From Oculina patagonica (taxonomy: Eukaryota): a stretch of 64,000 nt of DNA. The number at the start of each line of letters is the position of its first letter. Position 1 is the first letter of the stretch. The notes beneath the pieces are model-generated. The model was not told the origin of the DNA. It did not search any database and was given only the letters and a program-made list of their open reading frames with translations. The position numbers and the translations under genes were made by a program. Where the stretch lies: positions 1,488,001-1,552,000 of the forward strand of contig NC_135767.1 of NCBI RefSeq assembly GCF_052425735.1, given 5' to 3'. Below are positions 27,001 to 39,000 of the stretch, in pieces.

Positions 27001-30000
27001 ATCCTAAAGGAAAACAACTTCAAAGAAATATCCCATACCAACGTGGAAATTAAACGTTTAAGCACAAATGTAATTTTTGACAGGCGTTCAGCGTTAAAAA
27101 CAATTATTAACTATACCTCGATATAACAAACATTTTGGTTTTTTTCCGCAATTTATTATATCGAGGTTTTCGATATAACAAACCCTCGATATAACGAACA
27201 AATTTCCCCAGTCCCTTGGCTGTTCGTTAAATCGAGGTTCCACTGTATCAGCCATTCTTAGGGCTTAAATTTTCCCAAAAGCCACCATTCTGGATCTTGG
27301 GAGTTCCCAAAAACGGTAGGAAACAGAGCACTCTTTTGTTGTATTGCAACAAAGGGGCAATCTGGTAACATCATAAAATCCATGTGTTTGTTATACATGT
27401 ACCTTGTAGTTGGATGACTGGTGTTTTGTATTCATTACTTGGCTGATGAAGTTCACCTTTAGTTTTTTCCATGTGAACTAAATATGGATAGAAAAAGCTC
27501 AGTAAGAATTGTATAAAGAACTTTTATTATTTATTGATTCCGGGTAATACATGTAATTTACCCCCTTCCTCACAAAAAACCCTGCCTAGTTATTAATTTT
27601 GTACAATCAATGCCATTTTCCATGACTTTCTATGGCCTACAGTTAAATTCCATGACTTTCCAGGCCTGAAAAATAAAATTCTAAAATTCCACGATTTTCC
27701 AGGTTTTTCATGACCGTTACTAACCCTGTATACACATTCCTGTATATTATCTGAGCTTTGTCCACAAAATTTCAAACTGACAATGAAGCTTTGAAAGGAT
27801 CTCTGTTATGTCTCTGAATTGTTTGTGTCAATTCTCATGACTCTCACTTTTCAATATACAGTGGAACCTTGATTTCTCAGAACCCTTTATCTCTTAAATC
27901 TCATGATAACTTGCAGCTGCGGCAAAAGTAGTTTTCCTTCCCTCAGTCAACAAAGAACTCCCCCCCTGCCCCCATACATTTCTCAAACCTCCCAATTTCT
28001 TGAACCAATTTCATATCCCTTTGAGGTTTGAGAAACCAGGACACCACTGCACAGCAATGTCCCTCACCTTTCATTGCTGTGACCTGTTCTTTGGTAAAAT
28101 CGCATTCTGCTTGCAGAGATTCTGCCTGTATTAAACAAAAGACAAAAAACTTCAGTAAAGTTATATTTGATTCCTTTTAAAAAAAGCACAAAGCAGCAGG
28201 GATATATCTACAGTTCTGCATTTTGACAAAATACAGTGTAAGTTGTTTGTACATGTAAGAATGAACCAACCTTGGCAGCTAAGGCAGCCTCACGAAGCTG
28301 TGCTTCTTTAATTCTTATTTCAAATTCTGTTTTCTCTTGGACAGCCTAGGAATCAAAATAGGATTGCTTTAACATATACGAAATGTACTTTCTTCCTTTG
28401 AATGAGAAATGAATGAAAACAGAAACAAACAAATCACAAGCTTAATGACAGAAAGAATGAGTGAACAAAAAAAAATTGATTGAAACTCAGTATTTATTGA
28501 CTATGATTGCCTGATGCAGAATGAATTGTATGGACTGATTTGCCCACAAATTCAGCAATAATACTATTTTGAACTAAAATAATCAAAAAAAAAAAAAACT
28601 TAACAAAACATACTCATGGTACATGTAGAACTGACCTGTCCTTCAACTACTGAGTGTCTTCTTTCTGCTTCTTCAACTTGATCTTGAAGACTCTGCATCT
28701 CTTGTAACCGCTGTCAAGTTATGAAACAATTTACCCGTAATGACAAAGAAGATGGTGATGTTGAGGATGTTACATGTAACTTAAGGGACAAGAAAGCTCA
28801 GGGAAAGATTACATATAAACGCCCATTTATACAGGCAGTTTTTGTTTTGCAACTCAATGCTATTTTTGTCGCGCCAAAGTGGCATTAAGTTTCGAACAGG
28901 TTTGAAACTCCTGCTAGTTTACATGCGTGCAAACTCGCGACGATTTCAGGGTGATTTTATCGCCACGATTCGCAGGAGACGACGAAGACTCTAAAGCATT
29001 TTCGGTGTGACAAATATCGCCTGTGTAAACAGGCCTTAGAATTAAAGCTATTTCTAAGTTCCTTTTTACCTATTTTACAACAAATCCTCACTAACAAGTA
29101 TTTAAACTATGCAAATTTTATACCTGCTTGTGCTTTTCAGCCAAGTCTTTGAGTTCCTGCTGCGATCTATCGTATAAGGATTTGTAATGTAGACACTCGT
29201 CCTCTGCATTGTTACAGGATTTCTAAACAGAATAAAATAAAATAATCAACCTTACACCCCTGTAAGCTATTTTAACCTTAATGGTCATACCGTAATGATT
29301 CGATTTAGCGCCCTCCTTCGAATAAGCGCCCCCTTCCGAATAACGCCCCCCTTCAAATGTGTTTTTGTCAATAAGCGCCCCTATTCCAATAAGCGCCCCC
29401 ATTCTAATAAGCGCCCCCATTCTGATAAGCGCCTCTATTCTAAAAAGCGCCCCTTTTGTGGATAACTGCCCCACTGAAGTCATCGACATCGAATAGATAA
29501 ATACAAACTCATAAACATTCACCGTACTGCACATGCATATATTTACCACTAAAATGAACAATTCTTTAAAAATTAACTGAAGTTTCAACAATTTGTTATT
29601 CTTACTGTTTCTGTTATTGTTAGTTATTTTAATATATGTAAAAGTTTGGTTTTGAACTTTTGGTTGTTTCTCAAAAAAATTAAATAAGCGCCCTGTCCCG
29701 AATAAGCGTCCTGTCTCGAATTAGCGCCCTCCCTTGAGGTGCCAAAAGTAAATAAGCGCCCCGGGCACAAAATCGAATCATTACGGTAAGTATCTGGGCA
29801 ACAAACTCATCTATAACCAAATTTGAGAAATATCGTAGAGTATTTTGAAGAACTTACTCATACAGGGCTGCAAATTCTTTTTTTTTTTTTACTTGAAAGG
29901 ACCTTTGTCCTACTAAGACACCATCTTGGTAGGACAAAATAAAATTGTGGTTGGGCAGATTTTTATTCACTGTTGTCGTAAAATGATTTACGATCAAAAA

Positions 30001-33000
30001 ATTGTTCGGACATCATGTCCGACCACACTTGGGATTTCGCCAGACATGTTATTAGCAGCCCTGCTCATATTTGCCTTACCTCTATTTCTGTTAATTTTTG
30101 AATTGCTTCCAGTTTTTCCTGTAGAACTTTTTTCAATGACTCCTGTGAGAAACAAAATACAAATGCAAAAATACTCAACTAAATTCAACTCATGATAAAC
30201 AAGAAAACAGAGAATCAACCCTAACTGCGATTGTAAAATCCATTTCCATGCACTCAGTGATGTCCAAATAACAAGCATAACAAGTTGAAACAGATGTTCA
30301 ATATTTGCACAGTGTGTTATAAAATATCTCACAATAATTTGTAACTAAAGCAATCTTGAGCACAGTAACATAATAAATCATCTAACAGTTACTTCATGTA
30401 ATGAAACTGTACAGTCGGGAGGGGGAAGGGTAGAAAATCTCATATAAGATGGGCAGGGATGCTCCTATCTTGCTTAGGGATGTAAATAAGGAATTTTTGG
30501 TCTCCCTGAGGGAGTTCAGGACAGAATGATGACGATGAACCTGAGGTGTCCCCATAATCTTAAAGAAGAAAAAGAAACACACATACCTTTGCTCTCATTT
30601 CATAATGATGTCTTTCTTCTTGGAGAACAAGTAGTTCCTTTTTTATGTCATCTTCATTTAAATTCTGAAAAATATACATCATAATTAATTTTCCAAGGCT
30701 ACTGAATTTATTGACTCATGCAGTCACTCTCTCTTATTCCTAGTGACATTGTCTTAATTGGGAATTCAGTGCTTACTGTGGAAGGGAGGCAATTAATTAA
30801 TCAATGCCATAGATCCAGATCAAATGTTGGAATACTAAAAGTACTTTTTTTTTGGTGGAGTGAGAAAACTGGAGAAGCAGGTTGAAAATTACTTGAAGGA
30901 TTGCATGAAGCCAGCGTCAACACTAGGCACAAAGTACATGTACATGTTTTCCAGGGGAGGGGGGGGGGGGTATAGTATGTGCTGCGCACGCCCCTTAAAA
31001 AAGAATTTGCATCCAAAATGATACCCTGTTCTAGAAACAATTCAGTTTTTTAATACATGTACCTCCTTTAGGCTGCTGATAATTTGAAACTATTGTGCAT
31101 TCAAAATGTCATACCCTGGGCATGTATGAGGCTGGAAAAAGGAAAAACCCAACCTGGCTGTGAACTTAGATAAGCAACAAGTACATGTAACTAGTACATA
31201 AATTAATGGAATTTTGAAGTTATCTACCTTTGTAAGAGTTTCTAATTGGTTTTCTAAAGTCTCTAATCTTGACAGCAACTTGTCCTCTTGAGCAAATGTC
31301 TACAAACACAACCATTACAAAATATTTAGCAGAAAGAAAATACATTGTATGTTGCAGGTGTAAATAGAGAGCTTGTTTAACACCTACTGTATAATATATA
31401 GAGGATATAACATGGTTGCGCGGAGATATGAAATTTATCTTCGAGTGTTCAAATCGATAGCTCACGAGCGAGCGCAGCAAACGAGATATCGCTTCGAACA
31501 TAAATCTACTAATTGCGATGTTTTTGACGATTTTCCAAAGATTTCTGAAGATTTGCAAAATGTTGTCTGAAGGTCGTACGATTGTTTCCGAATATTTTCC
31601 AAACTTTTCTGAAAAATTTACGAAGGTATCCGAAGATGTTTCGACTTAATATTGATTTACTTTGGCTCATTCAGCATTAAAACAGGCAAACTTGTCAAAA
31701 AACATTTTGAAATCGATTTCTTCACATGTGAAGATAACATGTTATTCTCACATGTGAAGATATGATTTTTATCAGCGAGAGAAATCCTCGTATTTCACTC
31801 TAGTTTATATAATAAATAAGTAACTATAAGCTAACATCATAATGATCCCGAATATGTTGGGGTTAGGTGTGTGGCTAATAAATGACACTGTTGCATCATT
31901 TAACAATAATTTGAGGGTTTCTGTACATGTGTTGGTCATTCTATATGATTCATTTGTTCCACTATAGATGGCTGCAAGGGTAAACCTAGAGTACTGACAA
32001 AATTATGTTACCTGAGTGTTTTCTTCTACAGCTGCTTGTGAGTCTGATAAAAGTCTTTGAAGGTTTGCCAGTTTGTTTTCAAGCATTTGTTCTCTATACA
32101 ATGCATCCTATGAAAAATGATGACTGGTTAGATAAATAAGTAAACATAATTACTGACTCAACATGCACATGTCCCATGGCAGCCCAGAGAGGGCTCATGT
32201 TGAGAAGGCTGGGATAAACATCCGAGTCACTGTTGAACTCAGATTTTTGATTTGTCCCATGCTCTTGACAATTGAATTTACATGTACATCATTCCCATTT
32301 CCTTTACTGAGCTTAAAATTATCTTTCTTTCTCTATCTCCAGGCAGGAAGCCTTCAACTGTGCAGATCCCAGCTTATACAGGACAAGAGTCACATGCAGA
32401 TGTACAAACCTACATCTAATACACTTAATTGACCTACAGTACATCTAGCTGGCCACTGGGGCAAGTCTCACAGTGCATGTAACTCAATGGTTAGAGCATC
32501 CAACTAGCATAGTCTGTGGAAAGTGATGGGTTTGACTCCCACTGGGATGTACATGTACTCTTAAACTTACATGTTTACATGATGTTTATCTTAAATGCAC
32601 ACACCTGTAGAAACTGGGATAACTGCCACATTTCTTGAGCTTGGATGCCATTTTCATTCTATTTTGATACGGCAACAACATAGGTTAATAATTAACCTTG
32701 GAAATTTGTGATCTTTTAAGCGAAAGAGCTGTTCAAATTCATAAGGTAATGCAGTATAAATTAATGTAGTTATTACAAGTACATGTTTGTTAAAATAAAC
32801 CTCTTTTAGGCACATCATGATGAACAAGTGCTTTCAGCCATGACAAGTTGTGGACTTAACTATTTTGGAAAGCTGAATAAGCTTATAAAATTTCTTGAAT
32901 CCAACATATCACAAATACAATGTACAACTGTACATGTATAAATTTCTGAAGGTTTTAACAAGACCATTAAAAAGGAAAAAACACAACAACAACATCATTA

Positions 33001-36000
33001 AAAAATTAAAAGCAATTACAAGTAGCTATAGACCTGCTGTTACATTTTTTGTTACATTTTTAACATTTCTAACATTTCTAACATACCAATGCAAACAAGC
33101 TTCTTGGAACACCGCTTCTGCAAATCAAAATGTGAAAAATGTTTTAGATACTGAAAAGCATATGATATAATAAATCTGAGAAGATACTGTTTTTCTAAGT
33201 GTAGTACACCAAGGTACTGACATACAATCTGCATAGCCAGTAATTGGCAAAACATAATAAAATGGACTAACTCAGCTGTGACACAGTTCCTTTACAGTTT
33301 AACAGTACGTTGTGATTCAGATTTATCTCTGGTTTAAAATCTTTCAAAACAGTTTGATTTTATTTTTCATTGTCTCATAATTATTCATTATCATAATCTG
33401 AACAAAGCGATATCAAAATCGAACTGGTTTGAACAATTTTTAATGTACACTGTGACTGGGTAATAGCTGGGGCCCAGTTTCCCTGGAAAAGCCCACCTGA
33501 GCATTATTAGCAATATTAATGCTTGGCTGGCTGGTAAAATGTGCAGCAAAGACAGCCATAAAATATAGTTCTTATTAACTCTAACTAGCTGGGGACCATT
33601 CTGGGAGAATATTGCCCTCGGCCTTTCTTGAACAAACCTTGCCTTGTGTGGCCTTTACCAAAAGGACATTGAGGAATATTCCCCCAGTATGACCCACGCA
33701 CTTAGTTAATAAGTAAAACAACCTTACAGAAAATCCTCCACTAAAAGAAACCTCCCTTAAGTGTGCATTTAGACATGGTCCCAGCCACATACAAACATTA
33801 CATTTTTAAACTTTTATAAGCAGACACAGAATTCAGTACTAGTCACAATTGCTGTTTTTATTTCCAGCAACTAATGGGTGCTATCATGATACTTTTAATT
33901 AGCAAGTTGCATGACCACCAGCCACCAGGGTTTTTATTAGAAGCCGGGACCCGGGTACCGGCACCCGTCTACTCTAAGTACAGTACCCGCCTTCGCGAAA
34001 ATGAGGTCTCAAGTAGACAAATACAAGATCTATCAAAAGTCAGACTAACCGAAACATCTTTTCACCATTCTCCTACTTTGATAGCAGAGTCTAACCAGGA
34101 ATTGCATCACAGTCCTTTTTCATGTAAATTAATATTCTTGTGTCCGGATTACCGAGGGTTTCCTCAAGCAAAGTAATAAATTTCAAAGTTTGATCGCATC
34201 GCGTTCCTTCGCGAAACGCATCGCCTACGATATCAAAGTAGTAACCAGGACCTCTCTTGCAAGCTGTTGCATAACATTTGCACGTGACATTTCACACGAC
34301 TGAAAAGCACATGGTTTAAAATGGCCGCAACAAATAAAAGATCTGCTCAAGGCGTCCTTGACAATTTCTTCGTCGTTTCAAAGAAGTCAAAAGGTGAGTG
34401 ATTAATACTTCACAAGTCTTTTTTTCAATATAATAAACTTGCACTGGCGTATATAAATAAAGTGTACGCTCATTTGCATGTCAAAACAGTCAGTGAACCG
34501 GAACGACCTTTGAATACAAACAATAATCGAAATCGCCGTTCTTGAAAACTTTCGTTCGCCACCGATTTCGCCGCTTTTTCTTACTTCCCGACTATCAGGC
34601 CCCTGTGTCTTTGAGGATGCATACAAATATAAATAATCAAAGACCGGCTCTTCTTCGCTTATTGTGGGATCCCTGAGAACTTGCAAGCACGCTGAGTTGT
34701 ATGATTCGATTACTTACACTTTAAAAACAATATTGTTAATTACATTACCTAATAAGCTTATCTAACATAAAACAGCGTGTGGCGCGGATGTTGTCCGTGG
34801 AACATTGAAGATTGCTGTCAGCTTTTTGACAAAGGAGCTGGTTGAAATTTTGAAGAAAAATGTACAGATTCTTTGCACTGTTCCAAGCGCTTAATCTTCT
34901 TGATATTGGGTTTTTTACTGAAGATAAACCTCGTGTACACATACAATTTTTGTGCTTTTCCAGCAACTCATAAAACAAACGACACAAAAACCACTACAAA
35001 AAGGGAAATGTAATTCTGCAATGGAAATCCACCAAAAACGTGAACTCAGCACATGTGATAAGGTAAGGCCTATACATTGTAATATTGGTCATTTCTTTGG
35101 CAGACAATTCAACCATGCCTTCGGTACAAGAGGCAACTGGAGAGGCAGAAACGCAGTCTTCACATGAAGCATTCTCAGATACCTCACAGCAAGTAGAAAT
35201 GCAGTCATCTAATGAAGCAGTCTCAGATACCTCACAGCGAGTAGAAAAATCTCGCGGGGCAAATGTTTCTAAAGCAATAGCAGATGACGTTATGTTATTA
35301 GAGATAGAGAAGTGTGGACTTTCTAACCTGCACAACTACTATGAGTGCAAACAGAAATGCTGCAAAGTTTTCTCAGAAGAAGAAGAGGCCAGGCAGAAGA
35401 AGCTGAAGAAGAGACGTTTTCACCACAGCTGGGTTGAAGAAAGAGAACTAGCCTATGATAACACCACAGGCATTTGGTGGCTTCTTTTCTCAGAAAACCA
35501 AGGCATGTTTTGTTTTCTTTGCTGCAAACATAAAACTTTGAACACTCAGAACAATGCTGCAGTATTCAGCAATGCACCCAGCACAAGATACAGGAAAGAG
35601 GCCATCAGAGAACATTCTTTAACCAAAATGCATGAAGCTGCTGTGGAAGCTGAAATGAATCAGAGGGTGTCAATGTTTCATCAACAGTATGAAGAAAAGA
35701 AAGCAGTTCGCAATGATGTTTTGTACAATGCTTTTGCAGCCTTGTACTGGTTAGCGAAGGAGGCAGTTGCCAATGTTAAGTTTTTCTCTTTGCTTAATCT
35801 GTTCCGTGCTGTTGGTCTAGACAAAATGCAACATTTTAGCTACAAATCTCCCGCTGCAGTGAGAGAAATGTTCTTGACCAGTGGACAAGTGGTCAAGAAC
35901 ATGTTAGTGGAAGAAATTAAGAAAGCAGGGTCTTTTGGCCTTCTAATTGACGAAGTGACAGACATTGCTGTTACTGAGCAGTTAGTCACATTCGTGCAGT

Positions 36001-39000
36001 TTTGGAACAGTACTTCTGGTGGCACAGACATTAACTTTCTTAGTGCTAATGATCTGCTTGTTGAGTCTGATTCTGCAAATGCAGAAACCATAACAAACAC
36101 TCTTGTAAAGGAGTTAAATCAGTGTGACTTATCAGTTGGAAAGCTCAATGGCCTTTGCACGGATGGAGCATCAGTGATGACCGGAAAAACCAGTGGGGTA
36201 GCCACCAGACTCAAAGAATTAAACAAACACCTTGTCAGCATTCACTGCATCTGCCATAAACTGTCACTTGCTTGCTGTGATACTAATGACGAGATCGCAT
36301 ACATGCAAGAAGTTGAGAGATGGCTTTTCCAGGTCTGGAAATTTTTTGAAAATTCCCCCAAACGACTTGCAGCATATCTGAAGACCCAACTTTCTGTTAA
36401 AAAGCTGCAAGAGCCTTCCAAAGAGGCTAAAGATAAGTGCGTCCGTAGACTTGCTAAGGCTACTCGCACAAGGTGGCTCTCTCTTGGCAAGGCTGTAGAG
36501 GGTGTACATAAGGATTACATACCCCTCATGCTTACACTAAGGCAACTTGACCAGAAAGATGCTCAAGCATCAGGTCTTCGTGGAAAAATGTACAAAGTGA
36601 AATTCATTGGGGTGGTAACAGTCATGCATCACGTTCTTCCTGTTCTCAACAGGCTTAGCTGTACCTTCCAGGAAGGAAAGATTTCCTTCTCCCATATAAA
36701 GCCAGCAATTCAGAAGTGTATTGACGATCTTGACAACATTGTCCAGACGGGAGTACCAGTCACCGAGTTTCTTAGAGATCTATCACCTGGAGGCAGACTG
36801 GAACAAGCTGATCTCACTGCTTCTGATGGAGATAAGCTGTTTCTCACCAATTTCCTGGTGAAATATGTCAATTCACTAAAAAAAAGCTTAAACAGCAGAT
36901 TTCCCGCCCTTCCCCTCCTGTCTGCTTTTAGCATATTCGACCCTGCACTAGTTCCAGAAAGAGGCCAGCCAGGATTTAGGGATTATGGCAGTGCATCAGT
37001 GAAACTTCTGGCTGAGCAGTTCTTTGATGAAGACAGCGACAAAAGGCAGCTGATGGATGAGTGGCAGGTATTCAAGTACAACTTGGCAAAATGGAAGAAT
37101 GAGCTGCCTGAGGAAGTTAGAAAGCCCCCTGGTGGGAGCAAACCTACAGTCACTTCAACTGATTGGTGCCTCCAGAAGCTAATGTTCATGAAGGACCTGG
37201 TTCCATTTAATCTTCCACTAGTTGCAAAGGTGGCAGAGGCAGTGATTTCTCTTCCAGTCTCAAATGCATGGCCGGAAAGGGGTGCCAGTTCTTTAAAACT
37301 GATGAAGACAAGGCTTCGAAGTAGAATGAAGAATGACATGCTCAACGCCCTACTACACATTCTCATTAATGGTCCTAAAGTGGGAAGTAAAGAATTTGAA
37401 GAGGTGATTGATGCTTCTGTTAGAGCTTGGTTATCTGCTAAACCACGGCGAAAGTGTCCTCCAAAGTTTGTCAGCACACCAGTGGCCACCAGTTCAGGTG
37501 ATATAAGTGAGAATGTTGTAACTGTGCAGGATGCTGGTGTACAGACAGAGGCTGACAGTGTCATGCCAAGTCAGCTGTCAATTGCAGAGCAAGTTGATGC
37601 CACTTCCAAAGCATTGGAGCTGCCTGCAGATGACGGGGATGATTCAGATTATGGCTCAGATTTCGATGACTTTTAGTTCAGTTTTTTCACCTGACACTGT
37701 TTATTTGTAAACAAAGTAAACATTATAAGCCAATGAGTTAGATGTGATATAGTCATTCATGTTATGAATTTAGTAAATTCCCTGAGTCTGCAAATAGTTA
37801 CGATATTGTTTTTCACAAAGTCACTTAAATTTAGTAAATTCTCCAAGGCTGAACAGTTCCAGTAGTGTTTAATAAAGTCACAATGCTTGTCAATTTAGTA
37901 AATTCTCTAAGCCAAAAGGCTGTGAACAGTTACAGTAGTGTTTAATGAGGTCACAATGATTGTCAATTTAATAAATTCTCTAAGGTTGTGGACAGTTACA
38001 GTAATGAGTAAATTGTTTTTCATTAAGTCACTATGTGCTAGTGGGTAAAAGCTCCATAAATTTTTCACAATTTGTGTTTGCAAAATGAGGATGTAGAATG
38101 TTAAATTTCCACCTCAGAATGCTGGAAAATGCATTTCCGAGAGTCTAATTTTAAAAATTTTCTGGGGGGGCATGCCCCCAGACCCCCCTAGCGGCTCGGG
38201 CCTTCGGCCCTCGTGTAGGTGGGGTGCCCGCTTACTCTATCAAAAGAACCCTCCTACTTCAAAACTTAATGAAACCCCTGAGCCACATAGATTTACATTT
38301 GATCAACTCATTGAACAGTAAGTTGGCTTTCAACTTGACATTGATAAAGGTAAATAACAAACAAAGTATGAAAAGCTAGCGTTTCAACCATTAGCCCTTT
38401 ATTTTTCTTTGACGAAGGGCAAGCTTAAAACATCAGCTTTACAATTAATCGCCCACAGCAGTTAACTTGCCGTGACACAGCACAACAATTTCTTTAGCAA
38501 CTTATCCACTTGTTCATTTTACACTTACTTTGTTGCCTCTTTTCCATCAGGAAGAAACAGGGTCACGGTGGCAACAATACAGCCATGAGTAACTGTAAAA
38601 AAAGCAAATAAAAATGACAGTTACAGACGTGAACTTAAACATGGAGCAGCTGTAGTCAGCAGTTGACATTGTTGTAATGTAAAGAATTGGTTTGATACTG
38701 ACTCGTTCCTGTGATCCATATGGTCTCAGCTCATCCCAGTTTCTGTAGCATTGGGCGACTACATGTATAAGTATCTCTAATCCCCCCTGGGTGAGATGTT
38801 ATCCCGTTGAGGGTTATCCCCCAGCATTAAATCTGATTGTACCCATTTATACACCTGGGTGAAGAGTGTCTTGCCCAAGAACACCAACACCAACCTTTTT
38901 GACGACCGTGCCTTCCTACTTGTTTTTGTAGTAGACTGAAAATTTGTTTATGATGAAATGTTAATTCAATTTACAACAAAACAAGTCAGTAACAAACCAA

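Noticed and set aside
34964-35062. Middle exon of the transposase (CAG acceptor, GTAAGG donor)
   Set aside because: The phase-1 reading has stops; direct splicing 34393-35104 is in frame.
35840-37564. Antisense ORFs within the transposase, including the 193-aa one
   Set aside because: Shadow frames of a long coding strand; no motifs.
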